Source of the DNA: an uncultured Acidobacteriaceae bacterium
Lineage (GTDB): Bacteria > Acidobacteriota > Terriglobia > Terriglobales > Acidobacteriaceae
Length of the DNA stretch: 64,000 bases
Reading direction: 5' to 3'
Assembly: GCA_963839025.1 (NCBI GenBank)
Contig: CAWITT010000014.1
Span: 134,175 to 198,174, forward strand
The position numbers were made by a program, and so were the translations under genes. Below the pieces are notes generated by a model, which was given only the letters and a program-made list of their open reading frames with translations, did not search any database and was not told where the DNA came from. Of the stretch, positions 9,139 to 18,561 are shown one piece after another. The stretch's first letter is position 1. The number at the start of each line of letters is the position of its first letter.

Positions 9139-9780
9139 ATGTCTTTGGGGAAAGCCATGATCCACGCACGCAAACCGAAATCCACGGCACACGGCCGCGC
9201 GGTGGCGCAGGAATCTCCTGAGCCCCATGAAGGGTGGCCGGGCCAGCGGGTTTCCTCTGCCTACACCATGCAAAAGCCGGTGCTGGTACTGAACGCTTCG
9301 TACGAGCCGATCAACATTTGCGGTGCTCGCCGGGCGCTGATCCTGGTTCTCAAGGGTGTAGCCAAGACGGAAGAGGAGCAAGGCGCGATTTTGCATGCGG
9401 CGTTGCTGCGCATCCCCATGCCTTCAGTCATCCGCCTGCTTGAATACCGCCGCATCCCCCACCAGACGCGCGCCCTCTCGCGCAAAAATATCCTGCTGCG
9501 CGACCGCAACAGCTGCCAGTATTGCGGCGTAGTTCTTCCTGCAGGGGAGCTTACGCTTGACCATGTGGTGCCCCGTTCGCGCGGTGGCCTCTCCACCTGG
9601 GAGAACCTGGTAGCCTGCTGCCACTCCTGCAACCGCAGAAAGGGGAATCAGCTGCTCAGCGAGCTGAGTGACATCAAGTTATTGCGCGAACCGCGTCCCT
9701 TCTCTCTGCACACCAGCCGGCACATCATGCGCATGATCGGCCACTCCGACCACAAGTGGCGGAAGTATTTGTACTACTGA
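9139..9780 (+). CDS. HNH endonuclease
   Basis: HNH block [33 protein letters not shown] 9139 has GGAGGA 7 nt upstream. The conserved body starts at [17 protein letters not shown] (ATG 9268), so there is either a 43-aa basic N-terminal extension or an alternative start. Confidence 0.8.
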   Translation: MSLGKAMIHARKPKSTAHGRAVAQESPEPHEGWPGQRVSSAYTMQKPVLVLNASYEPINICGARRALILVLKGVAKTEEEQGAILHAALLRIPMPSVIRLLEYRRIPHQTRALSRKNILLRDRNSCQYCGVVLPAGELTLDHVVPRSRGGLSTWENLVACCHSCNRRKGNQLLSELSDIKLLREPRPFSLHTSRHIMRMIGHSDHKWRKYLYY

Positions 9781-9786
9781 GGATCG

Positions 9787-9868
9787 GGTGGTAAAGCAAG
9801 AAAACCGCAGATCTCTCCACTCCGCTTCGACTCCGAGTCGAGAGTCTGCGGTTTCTTGCTTTACCACC
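9787..9868. repeat. 82-bp hairpin-forming inverted repeat between convergent genes (possible bidirectional terminator)
   Basis: GGTGGTAAAGCAAGAAAACCGCAGATCTC ... GAGAGTCTGCGGTTTCTTGCTTTACCACC forms a stem of about 28 bp with one bulge. The right arm contains the addA stop codon (9861-9863). There is no U-tract on either side. Confidence 0.7.
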
Positions 9869-12800
9869 ACACTAACCTGGTGAGCAGAGGATAGTAGAGG
9901 GCGAGGCGTAGAGGCGTGTCCTCGCCGTGAATCTTGCGCATCACCGCGGCATACGCTTCCAGTTGCCCTAGATACTTTTGCTTCTCCGTTTCAAGAAAAG
10001 CGTCGAGACCCGACTCACCGTGGCGCGCAGTCTTATAGTCGACAATCCACAGATGAGTCTCTACCGTGGAGCACGGTACCGCTCCGGCGCGAAAGATGCG
10101 ATCGCCGCGCAGCGTGCGAACGACATCCTCGGCCGCCCAGGTCGACCAGGAAGCCTCGGTCTGCGCACTTGCGCGCGCACCCAAAATCCAACGGCCATTT
10201 GCGTCGTTGAGTACGGCGAGCAGAGCCCGCACCACTTCGGCCGATTGCCCCTCCGCCTCCGTTCGCGGCAGACCCGCGGCACGAAGCAAAGCGGTGGCGC
10301 GTGGCCGCCACCCCTTCACCTCGCTAGCCGCATCCAATCCGTCGCGGCCAGCCAAGTCCTCCAGCAGCGCGTGAACCACTGTACCGAACGCGCGCGCGCC
10401 CAAGCCGGCACGCGGCCGTTCTATCCGCTCGACGGTCGGTTCTATAACTCCAGTGGCAAGGGCAACTTCACGCGGCTTCCAGTCCGCGGGCAGACGACGC
10501 AAGCGGATCGACGGCGCCGACCGTTCAAAATCAAACGCGGTCTGCTGCGGTATCGTCTCCGTTGCAAAATCAAACTCGGTCTGTTGCTTCGCCGGCTCTA
10601 ATTCACTGTACGCACGGTCGAAATCATTCTTGAGCGCCGGCCAGGCGATGCCCAGCAGGCTTCGGCTAGAGCCGGACCCTAGCTCCCCGTTGTTTTTCAC
10701 CGTTGCCGTGCCCAGCAAATGTAGGTCGGTACGGGCGCGGGTTGCCGCCACATACAGCAGGCGCTTGGCCTCATCGTCTTCCCTGCGGCCTTGCAGCTTG
10801 CCGATCCACTCGTAGATGCCACCCTGTTTTCCGCTGCGGCCGATGGGCGCGACCACGAACTCGTGTTGTTCCTCCTCCTCCGGTCCGACTAACTTGGTCT
10901 GCCCCAGCCAGCGAAGCAGCGGTTGTGATTCGGTCCGGGTGCTACGTTCGAGGCCAGGCACAATCACGATGTCGAAGCCCAATCCCTTAGCCTTGTGGAT
11001 GGTCATCAACTGCACCCCGCAGCGTTCGTTGGCCGCCGGGTCGGGCTGGGCGCACAACTCGCCAAGCTGATCCTCCAGGCCCGTCGCTTCAGGACCCAAT
11101 TGCTCGAGCATGGCGAAGAACGTAAGGACATTCGCATAACCCGCGGCGTCGATGCATGCCCGGCCCCCCAGAGTCGTCCAGGTCCGTTCTACCCACTGCG
11201 CCAGAGAAACCTGGCGATGCCTTCCGCGCAGCGCCTCTTCCAGGACCGCAAGGGCACGCGTCGCGCGCTGCTTTCCGTCGCCACTGAGCAAAGGTATCCG
11301 TTCCCGAAGCAGGGTCAATATCGCTGGTTGGGAATAGTTCTTCATGTCGCTCCCGGCAAGCGTATGGAGATCCCTTAACGTAAGGCCGCACCATGGCGCG
11401 CGCAGCACACTGAGCCACGCGATTCGGTCCATAGGATGCATGAGGGCACGAGTCAGTGCGGTGAGGTCTTTGACCTCCTGGCGCTCACCCAGTTGCTCGA
11501 TCTCAACCGCGCGGAAGGGAATACCTGCGTGGCGCAGCGTTTGGGCGATTAGTTCCAAATGGGCACGGGCGCGAACCAGGACCGCGATCTTGAACTCGCC
11601 ACCTTCGCGTTGCGCCGCCTTCACCGCAGGCCAGTGTCCTGTGATGATGCTGACAACCCGCTTGGCTTCGGCCTCTTCCGCTACCCGCTTTGCCTCCGGA
11701 TCCGTCCCGGAGGGGCGAAAAAACGGCCAAACCGTTACCCCTGTTTTGCCCACCGGCGCCGGCGTTTGCGCCGTAGACGGGGCGAACGTCACCTGGTAGT
11801 CCTCTCCAGTCGCAGGTCCGAAGACCTGGGCGAAGACCTCGTTCAAGCGATCCACCAGTCCCGCATGGGAGCGGAAATTGGTCTGCAACTGTAATGGCGA
11901 CATGTGGACTGCGGCGGTTCCTTCGCCGAGCCCGTGGCGGCGGGTGCGTTCGAAAAGCTCGACCTCGGCTTGACGAAACATATAGATCGACTGCATGGGA
12001 TCGCCTACCAGGAAGCAACTCCCTCGCCCCTCGGACACCCAACCGCCGGCGAGCAAAGCAAACAACTCATACTGGCTGCGCGAAGTGTCTTGAAATTCGT
12101 CCACGAGCAGATGAGGCCATCGTGCGGCAAGATCGGCTGCCAGTTCCGTTGGGTTGCCTTCATCGTCGCGCAGCACCTGCCTGGCGGCCAGACCTAGTTC
12201 GACAAAGTCCACTATCTGACGCTCGGCAAACACCAGGCGCAGCTCCGCAATCGCGTAGCGCAGGATCACCACCGCGTGCTGCAACATTTGCCAGTCTTCT
12301 TCGTTGTACTCCTGGGGTGGAAGGTCATTCAGCCCACCGAGCACGTCGAGGAACGCAGGGTTTGCGTTGAGTCTATCAATGAGCGACTTATAGCGCAGCT
12401 TTGCGGGTTGGCCTATCTTGCCGGCTTCGAAGCCGATATCCGCATTGGCTTGCTTGCGCCACGTGCCGCCCTTGGTCAACAAAAAGTGACACAAGGCGCT
12501 CCAATGTGTCTGGTCGGCCAAGTGGTGAATGGCGCTGACATGTTGCAGCGCGTTCAATCGAGAGTCCGGATCTACGTTGCTGCACGCGTGGCTCAGGAGC
12601 GCCATCAGCTCCTGGGTCAGATCGGGTTCAGTCGAAAACAGTGATTGTGCTTTTTGGATGGCCTCCCGGTGGGTGTTACGCAACGGAGCTTCCAGTGCGG
12701 TGCGTATGGCCGGCCAATCGAGCGGAAGGAGGTCGCCCCACTGGTCTCGTTTGTCCAGCATTTCGGCGATCAGATTCTGGCAATCGCGTAAGTTGGTGCC

Positions 12801-13340
12801 GCGCAATTGCAATAGAGCTCGCAGGGCGGTGTTAAGCGGCTCTTTGGCGCCCAGGCAAGCCAGGGTGCGCCGGGCCGCGAGCGTATAGAGCGGCTGAGGC
12901 TTGTCAGTGGGCGAGAGAGAGCCACCCAGACGGGACAGTAGGGGAGTTTGGTGGGCAATCGTCAGGCAAACGGAATCGATGGTTTGTATGTTAAGTCGCT
13001 CTGGCTGTTGCAGAAGGTTCCATTGCTGCTTGCTGTCGTGGGCCAGGGCCCTGCGCGCGAGTTTGATTTTGAGCGATTCGTCGGCTGTTTCTGCCGTGCT
13101 CTGCGCCTCGTGGAGTGCACCGATCACGCGCTCCCGCATCTCGGCCGTGGCCGCGAGCGTGAAGGTGATGGCCAGGATCTGTTCCGGTTCGTCCACTTCG
13201 GCCAGCAGCTTGAGCAGCCGGCTGGTCAGCAGTTCCGTCTTGCCTGACCCGGCCGGCGCTTGCACCAGAAACGATCGGCCGGTTTCGAGGGTCTGCTGAC
13301 GCTGGCTTTCATCGATCGGCAGCACGAGCAGATCACGCAT
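9861..13340 (-). CDS. addA: AddA-like UvrD-family helicase / PD-(D/E)XK nuclease
   Basis: Walker A QAPAGSGKT, helicase block LLVDEFQDTS and C-terminal nuclease block LWIVDYKT. 1159 aa, with an 8-nt overlap with the upstream addB-like gene. Confidence 0.85.
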   Translation of the reverse strand: MRDLLVLPIDESQRQQTLETGRSFLVQAPAGSGKTELLTSRLLKLLAEVDEPEQILAITFTLAATAEMRERVIGALHEAQSTAETADESLKIKLARRALAHDSKQQWNLLQQPERLNIQTIDSVCLTIAHQTPLLSRLGGSLSPTDKPQPLYTLAARRTLACLGAKEPLNTALRALLQLRGTNLRDCQNLIAEMLDKRDQWGDLLPLDWPAIRTALEAPLRNTHREAIQKAQSLFSTEPDLTQELMALLSHACSNVDPDSRLNALQHVSAIHHLADQTHWSALCHFLLTKGGTWRKQANADIGFEAGKIGQPAKLRYKSLIDRLNANPAFLDVLGGLNDLPPQEYNEEDWQMLQHAVVILRYAIAELRLVFAERQIVDFVELGLAARQVLRDDEGNPTELAADLAARWPHLLVDEFQDTSRSQYELFALLAGGWVSEGRGSCFLVGDPMQSIYMFRQAEVELFERTRRHGLGEGTAAVHMSPLQLQTNFRSHAGLVDRLNEVFAQVFGPATGEDYQVTFAPSTAQTPAPVGKTGVTVWPFFRPSGTDPEAKRVAEEAEAKRVVSIITGHWPAVKAAQREGGEFKIAVLVRARAHLELIAQTLRHAGIPFRAVEIEQLGERQEVKDLTALTRALMHPMDRIAWLSVLRAPWCGLTLRDLHTLAGSDMKNYSQPAILTLLRERIPLLSGDGKQRATRALAVLEEALRGRHRQVSLAQWVERTWTTLGGRACIDAAGYANVLTFFAMLEQLGPEATGLEDQLGELCAQPDPAANERCGVQLMTIHKAKGLGFDIVIVPGLERSTRTESQPLLRWLGQTKLVGPEEEEQHEFVVAPIGRSGKQGGIYEWIGKLQGRREDDEAKRLLYVAATRARTDLHLLGTATVKNNGELGSGSSRSLLGIAWPALKNDFDRAYSELEPAKQQTEFDFATETIPQQTAFDFERSAPSIRLRRLPADWKPREVALATGVIEPTVERIERPRAGLGARAFGTVVHALLEDLAGRDGLDAASEVKGWRPRATALLRAAGLPRTEAEGQSAEVVRALLAVLNDANGRWILGARASAQTEASWSTWAAEDVVRTLRGDRIFRAGAVPCSTVETHLWIVDYKTARHGESGLDAFLETEKQKYLGQLEAYAAVMRKIHGEDTPLRLALYYPLLTRLVWW

Positions 13341-16023
13341 CTGTTTCGTCCGCCTCGTCGCCGCTGCTGACGGGATCGTTCTCGGCGATCCGGCAGAGCG
13401 GGGAGAGATCGCAAAACTCGCAGGTTTTGGGATACTGTTTGGGATTCACCTGCGCTTCTCCGCGCAGGAACTGCTGCCCAAGATCGAGCAAGGCATTCCG
13501 CCAGGATTCCAACATGGCGGCGTCGTAGGGCGGTTTGATGAGCTTCGAATCCCCCGGCATCACGGCTTGAGCATCATCCACGCGGCCGAGGAACTTCATC
13601 ATGTCGTCGCGCACCCGCGCCAGCAGCACGCCCTTGAGGTTATCGATCTGGCCGAAGCCGGCATAGAGCGGTAGCTGCGGCTCATCCGGTCGTGGCCCAT
13701 CCCAGGAAATATTAGCCAACATGCCGGTCTTGTAATCGATGATCACCCGCCCGCCCGCGACGGCGTCGATGCGATCGACGCGCACCTGGAGCTTCAGTTC
13801 TCCAACCGCCGCCGGCAGTTTCTTTTCGCCCGCTTCCACGGTGAAGGGCGTCCGGCCGGCTTCAAACTCCAGCCAATCCTCCATGAGGAAAATGATTCGT
13901 TCTTGTTCGGCGTCGAGATACGCCTGGCTCCAGCTATGGTCCAGCGTGCCGTCCCTATATTTCTTCAGTCCCATCGCGACGTGTTCTTGCACCAGAGCGT
14001 GCAGGCTTTGGTCCGCGCGCGCCGCCAGCAGAGCGTCGCGAGTCTTCAACGCATCCCACAGGTTGGCCAGGATAACGTGCACCACGGAACCGCGGTCGCG
14101 GGGTTCCAGGCCCCAGTCCATCGCATCCATGGGACGGGCGCCGAGCCGGCGCGTGGCGAACGACTGAAACGCGCAGGCTGCTTGTCGCTTGAGGATTTCC
14201 GCGCCGCCGGCGTCGAGTTCCACCGGCCAAGGGAGAATCGTCGCTGGCTCGTCGTCGTTCCGCAAAACAGACGATTCTTCGCCTGCAGCCGGATTTTCTT
14301 CAGCGCCAATCGATGTGCGCAGTTCTTTTGCCTTTATCCTTCGCGCTTCTAAGGTCACCAAGGTGGATGGACGGCACACCCCTTCCGCATTCTGCGCGGA
14401 AAAGCTGAAGACGCATTTGGCCGCGCTCCTCTCCAGACGCGAGGTCACCTGCTGGGCAAGCTTCCAATCCGTTGTGCTGTCGGCGTGGGGCATATCGTGA
14501 GCGCGCTGCAGCCGCTGCGGCAGAAAAGGGTGAGGCCGCGCCACGGGTGGCCAGCTGGCGTCATCCGCGCCTAAGAGCCACAACGCATCGAAGGTGAGAC
14601 CAGCCGCTTCGAACGGTCCCAGGATCTGGACCGGCGCATCCCGCGATTCAGCCGCGAAGATGGTCTGCCCCGCTTGGTGCTCGAGTACCTCAACGAACTC
14701 CTTGTAGCTGACCATGCGTCCGTCGAACGCCAATGCGGCCACGCTGTCCAGCAATTGTGTCCATCGGGCCTGCACCTGAAAGTCGTCGCTCTCGAGCACG
14801 TGCGCGCCGGGCCAGTGGACGGCCTCCAGAATTTGCTCCGCTACCTGAACCCATTGGGCAAAATTCAAAGAGTCCTTCTGAGGAAGGAGGCGGCGCCCGT
14901 GCCGCAGCCTGCGGCTAAGCTTGTCCGGCGACGCAGATTGGAGAAAGGTCTCCAGATCCTGTTCCGGTTGGCGCATGGATCGGCCGCGCATCTTGACGTC
15001 GAATTCCGCCATGGGCAGCAGCTCATCCTGGTCTTCGCAAAGAAAGCCTGACAGCACGAGCCAGCTGACCTGGTCAGGCGAGAGCGGCTTTATCATCCAA
15101 CGCAACAGCAGCAGAGCGCTTCTCGCCATGGGCACTGCGGCCAGGGGAACTCCGAGGGAGAATTCGTAGGGAAGTAGCCGCGAGCCAGCGCCAATGGCCA
15201 CCGCCCCGGGTGCGAGTACCTGGCGAAAGACTCTTTCGATCTCGGCACGCACACTGGCGACGGCAGGCACCACGACCGCGATGCGCGCCGTCTGACCCAG
15301 AGCCGTCAGCTCACGCCGAACCCAAAGCGCACACGTGAGGATCTCGTCCCGCTTGTCGATCGCTTCGACCAGCAGCTTCTCCTCCGCGGAAGTGACTTCG
15401 GCGGTCTGATCCATTTCCAGCTCATGGCCGTGCTCGCGAAACGCTTCGATCAGGGATTGCTGTGCGGGTGTGACGCGATCAAAGCCAATGAGCAGCAGTT
15501 TCGGTGGCGCTTCCAGCTGGCCGGCCGGCACGGCTTCGCTCAATGCGAGCGCCAGCCCGCTGCGGCTCAGCCAGCCTTCATTACGGCAGGCACCCTCAAA
15601 GCCGCGAGCCCAAGCCCGGTAGCTTTCGACGTCGGGACCATCCGCTTGGCCGGGGCGGAGGAACTCGAAGGCGCGATAGGCGTACAGAAGAGCGTAGGCC
15701 TCCTGGGCAAGGTCCGCGACGCCGGCCGGGGAAATGAGCCGGAGTCCCTCGATCGCGGGCTTGACCAGGCGGACCCAGACCTGCTGTTCTTGCAGCGGCG
15801 TGAGCAGGAGGCGGCCCTCGGAGCCCGACCGCAGCTTCTTCTGCCACAAACGGCTCAGCCAGCTATCCCAGTCCAGAATGTCAGCGGAGCGCCAGGCTTC
15901 CAACCCCTGCTTGCGCTGTCCTTCGGCATGCATCCGCCGCAGGGCGCGTGCGGCGCGAGCACTCGATGCAACCACCGTGCCGCCGGCCTCGATTGCCGCC
16001 GCGATGGAAGGGGGTAACTGCAT
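13333..16023 (-). CDS. addB: AddB-like PD-(D/E)XK nuclease subunit with iron-staple cysteines
   Basis: RecB-family nuclease block VIIDYKTG. Cys in QAACAFQSF plus the C-terminal CEFCDLSPLC (CX2CX5C) match the AddB Fe-S pattern. Confidence 0.8.
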   Translation of the reverse strand: MQLPPSIAAAIEAGGTVVASSARAARALRRMHAEGQRKQGLEAWRSADILDWDSWLSRLWQKKLRSGSEGRLLLTPLQEQQVWVRLVKPAIEGLRLISPAGVADLAQEAYALLYAYRAFEFLRPGQADGPDVESYRAWARGFEGACRNEGWLSRSGLALALSEAVPAGQLEAPPKLLLIGFDRVTPAQQSLIEAFREHGHELEMDQTAEVTSAEEKLLVEAIDKRDEILTCALWVRRELTALGQTARIAVVVPAVASVRAEIERVFRQVLAPGAVAIGAGSRLLPYEFSLGVPLAAVPMARSALLLLRWMIKPLSPDQVSWLVLSGFLCEDQDELLPMAEFDVKMRGRSMRQPEQDLETFLQSASPDKLSRRLRHGRRLLPQKDSLNFAQWVQVAEQILEAVHWPGAHVLESDDFQVQARWTQLLDSVAALAFDGRMVSYKEFVEVLEHQAGQTIFAAESRDAPVQILGPFEAAGLTFDALWLLGADDASWPPVARPHPFLPQRLQRAHDMPHADSTTDWKLAQQVTSRLERSAAKCVFSFSAQNAEGVCRPSTLVTLEARRIKAKELRTSIGAEENPAAGEESSVLRNDDEPATILPWPVELDAGGAEILKRQAACAFQSFATRRLGARPMDAMDWGLEPRDRGSVVHVILANLWDALKTRDALLAARADQSLHALVQEHVAMGLKKYRDGTLDHSWSQAYLDAEQERIIFLMEDWLEFEAGRTPFTVEAGEKKLPAAVGELKLQVRVDRIDAVAGGRVIIDYKTGMLANISWDGPRPDEPQLPLYAGFGQIDNLKGVLLARVRDDMMKFLGRVDDAQAVMPGDSKLIKPPYDAAMLESWRNALLDLGQQFLRGEAQVNPKQYPKTCEFCDLSPLCRIAENDPVSSGDEADETDA

Positions 16024-16071
16024 CCTTAAGTTTTATACCTCACCCAGACTAGGATAAGGAGAGGGAGGAAC

Positions 16072-16938
16072 ATGCAGCGATTCTGCTATATCGCCATTCT
16101 GCTGGTTTGCGCTCTCGGCGGCTGCCGAAGTGGGAAGCCGGCCCCTGAGCCTGTTGCTGAGCAGACCTATCAACTAAAAGGAATTGTGGTTGCATCCGAT
16201 GCAGCGACGGGGAAAGTGTCCATCGACGGAGAAGAGATCCCCGGCTTTATGGGCGCCATGATCATGCCCTACAAGCTCGCCCAGCCCGCCATTGCCGGCG
16301 AGCTTCATCCCGGTGACCACATCGTTGCCCGGCTGCGGGTTTCAGACTCTGCCAGCGTGATAGACCAGGTCGACGTGACCGCGCAGTCCAAACCGGACTA
16401 CAAGCCCACCAAAACCTACAACGTTCCCGCGAAGGGGCAGAGCGTACCCAATTTCAAGTTTCTCAATCAAAACGGGAAGAGCATCGCGATCGACCAGTTT
16501 CGCGGCAAGGTCCTGCTGGTCACCTTCATCTACACCCGCTGCCCGCTGCCGGACTACTGCATCCGCATGAGCCGGAACTTTGCCACCATCCAACAGCAGT
16601 TGGCCGCCGACCCCCAGGTCTTCAACCAGATCCACCTGCTCAGCATCAGCTTCGATCCTGCGTATGACACGCCCAAAGTCCTACGCAGCTACGGCAGTAT
16701 GTACACCGGGAGCAACTCCTTTTCTCATTGGGACTTCGCCGTGCCGGCAGCTGCGGAACTGGACGCCGTAGACCAGTTTTTTGACGTGGGGGTGAGCCCA
16801 GGCGGCAACAACACGTTGACCCACAGCCTCTCCACCGCCATCATCTCCCCTGACGGAAAAATCTTTCGCTGGTACCCCAACAATGACTGGACCCCCGCTT
16901 CGGTCGTTGACGACGTTAAGCAGGCCATGGCTCAATAG
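16072..16938 (+). CDS. SCO/SenC-family thioredoxin-fold protein with extra N-terminal beta domain
   Basis: Lipoprotein-like signal ILLVCALGGC and an N-terminal Met-rich domain (IPGFMGAMIMPY). The SCO core is LLVTFIYTRCPLPDYC ... LTHSLSTAIISPDGKI. Confidence 0.8.
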   Translation: MQRFCYIAILLVCALGGCRSGKPAPEPVAEQTYQLKGIVVASDAATGKVSIDGEEIPGFMGAMIMPYKLAQPAIAGELHPGDHIVARLRVSDSASVIDQVDVTAQSKPDYKPTKTYNVPAKGQSVPNFKFLNQNGKSIAIDQFRGKVLLVTFIYTRCPLPDYCIRMSRNFATIQQQLAADPQVFNQIHLLSISFDPAYDTPKVLRSYGSMYTGSNSFSHWDFAVPAAAELDAVDQFFDVGVSPGGNNTLTHSLSTAIISPDGKIFRWYPNNDWTPASVVDDVKQAMAQ

Positions 16939-16976
16939 CCATTGCGCCACCACATGCGCTGGGTTAAAAGAAAGCT

Positions 16977-17489
16977 ATGATTCTAGTGCTCATGGGCGTG
17001 ACCGGGTCCGGCAAGACCACAATCGGCAAACTCCTGGCTGCGGAGACCGGCTGGCGGTTCGCCGACGCCGACGACTACCACTCTGAAGCCAACAAGGCTA
17101 AGATGCATGCCAGCATCCCGCTGACCGATGAGGATCGCAGGCCCTGGCTGGCCACCCTGCATCAGCTGCTGCTGGGTTGGTATGAATCGGGAATCAGCGG
17201 CATACTGGGCTGCTCCGCATTGAAGCAAACCTACCGGGATGCGCTCACACCGCAAATTCCGTCGGTCAACCTCCGGTTTATCCTGCTCGAGGTTTCGCGC
17301 CCGGTGCTCGAAGAGCGGCTCAGGAAGCGCAAGAACCACTACATGAGCCCGGAGCTACTGCAGAGTCAACTCGATACGTTGGAAGTGACCCCCGATCTCT
17401 CGCGGGTCCGCGCCGAAGGCCCGCCCGCCCAGATTGTGCAGGAGATCCTGGACCAGCTACTGGTGGTCGAGGGCAAGATCGAGGTCTAG
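16977..17489 (+). CDS. gntK: Gluconokinase
   Basis: 170 aa. P-loop LMGVTGSGKTTIG followed by FADADDYHSEANKAKMHASIPLTDEDRRPWL, typical of GntK-type kinases. Confidence 0.8.
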   Translation: MILVLMGVTGSGKTTIGKLLAAETGWRFADADDYHSEANKAKMHASIPLTDEDRRPWLATLHQLLLGWYESGISGILGCSALKQTYRDALTPQIPSVNLRFILLEVSRPVLEERLRKRKNHYMSPELLQSQLDTLEVTPDLSRVRAEGPPAQIVQEILDQLLVVEGKIEV

Positions 17490-17508
17490 GCTGGTAAAAT
17501 CTGAGGAA

Positions 17509-18119
17509 GTGAGTACTCTTCTTCCCATCGACGTTACGACGCCGCGCACCGCGGTCCTCGATCCGCCGTTGACGGATGGTGAGTTGGAAGCGCTTGCGAT
17601 GGCCAGCGAGTTGTTCCGTCTCGAGCGCAATCGGGAAGGGGAAATTCTGATGCACCCACCCACAGGAGTTTCTTACGAGCGACGGAAACTCAGCAATCAG
17701 TTACTCAGCTCGCTCTTGGTGGAGAATCCATAGACGCGGAAGGGTAGTGGATCCCCATGCGACGTTTTTCCTCCCCGACGGTTCGATGCTGAGTCCGGAC
17801 GCCTCTTACGTGCTGCCAGCCAAACTGAAGGGGTTAACCAAGGATAAGCTCACCGGATTCCCATACCTCTGTCCCGACTTTGTGATCGAGTTGCTTTCGA
17901 AATCGGACAGCGTGCCCAAGGCAAAGCAAAAGATGGAGCGTTGGATCGAGAACGGCGCCGCGTTGGGGTGGCTTGATCGATCCGTATAAACAGAAGGTTT
18001 ACGTTTATGAGCCCGAAGCAGAAGCTACCGTCGTATCGGGAAATACTGTCCATGGGAAAGGACCTGTCGAAGGATTCATCCTCGACCTTGACGAGCTTTG
18101 GCGCCGCTATGAGATTTGA
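17509..18119 (+). pseudogene. Uma2-family (DUF820) endonuclease-like gene, disrupted by two frameshifts
   Basis: Three consecutive frames carry the family: LTDGELEALAMASELFRLERNREGEILMHPPTG (to 17733), FLPDGSMLSPDASYV...CPDFVIELLSKSD...ENGAALGWL (to 17989) and KQKVYVYEPEAE...FILDLDELW (to 18119). GWL-IDP is broken at about 17975. Confidence 0.7.
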
Positions 18120-18143
18120 GGGTCGCGGAGGCATCCACGCCTA

Positions 18144-18518
18144 ATGGCGAAAATTACGGTTCTGGTCGGTATTCTTCTCATTCTTCTCGGCGGGGTTAGC
18201 TACGTCCTCACCGGTCACAAATTCCCAACCTCGCTCATCCCTGTTGCATTTGGGATCCTCCTGGTTACCTTCGGCCGCATGGCCGAGACTCCGGTGCCGC
18301 GGCGGCGCATGCTCTTCATGCACATAGCGGTAACTGTCGGCCTGCTGGGCTTCCTCGCCACCGCTCCCGCTTTGTTTCAGGTGGTGGAGCTTTTCAAGGG
18401 AAAATTGTTTCCCTATCCCGCAGCGGTGGAAGAAAAAGCAGCGATGTCGGCCCTCCTGCTCATCTATGTAGTACTCTGCGTGCGCTCGTTTATTGCCGCG
18501 CGCCGCGCCAGAGTCTAG
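18144..18518 (+). CDS. Small membrane protein of unknown function
   Basis: 124 aa with four hydrophobic segments (VLVGILLILLGGVSYVL, LIPVAFGILLVTF, MHIAVTVGLLGFLATAPALF, SALLLIYVVLCV). No family recognised. Confidence 0.5.
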   Translation: MAKITVLVGILLILLGGVSYVLTGHKFPTSLIPVAFGILLVTFGRMAETPVPRRRMLFMHIAVTVGLLGFLATAPALFQVVELFKGKLFPYPAAVEEKAAMSALLLIYVVLCVRSFIAARRARV

Positions 18519-18561
18519 GGGTCCTTTTCGCTTGAGTTTGAGATCCAGCGCCGGAGGAGGA

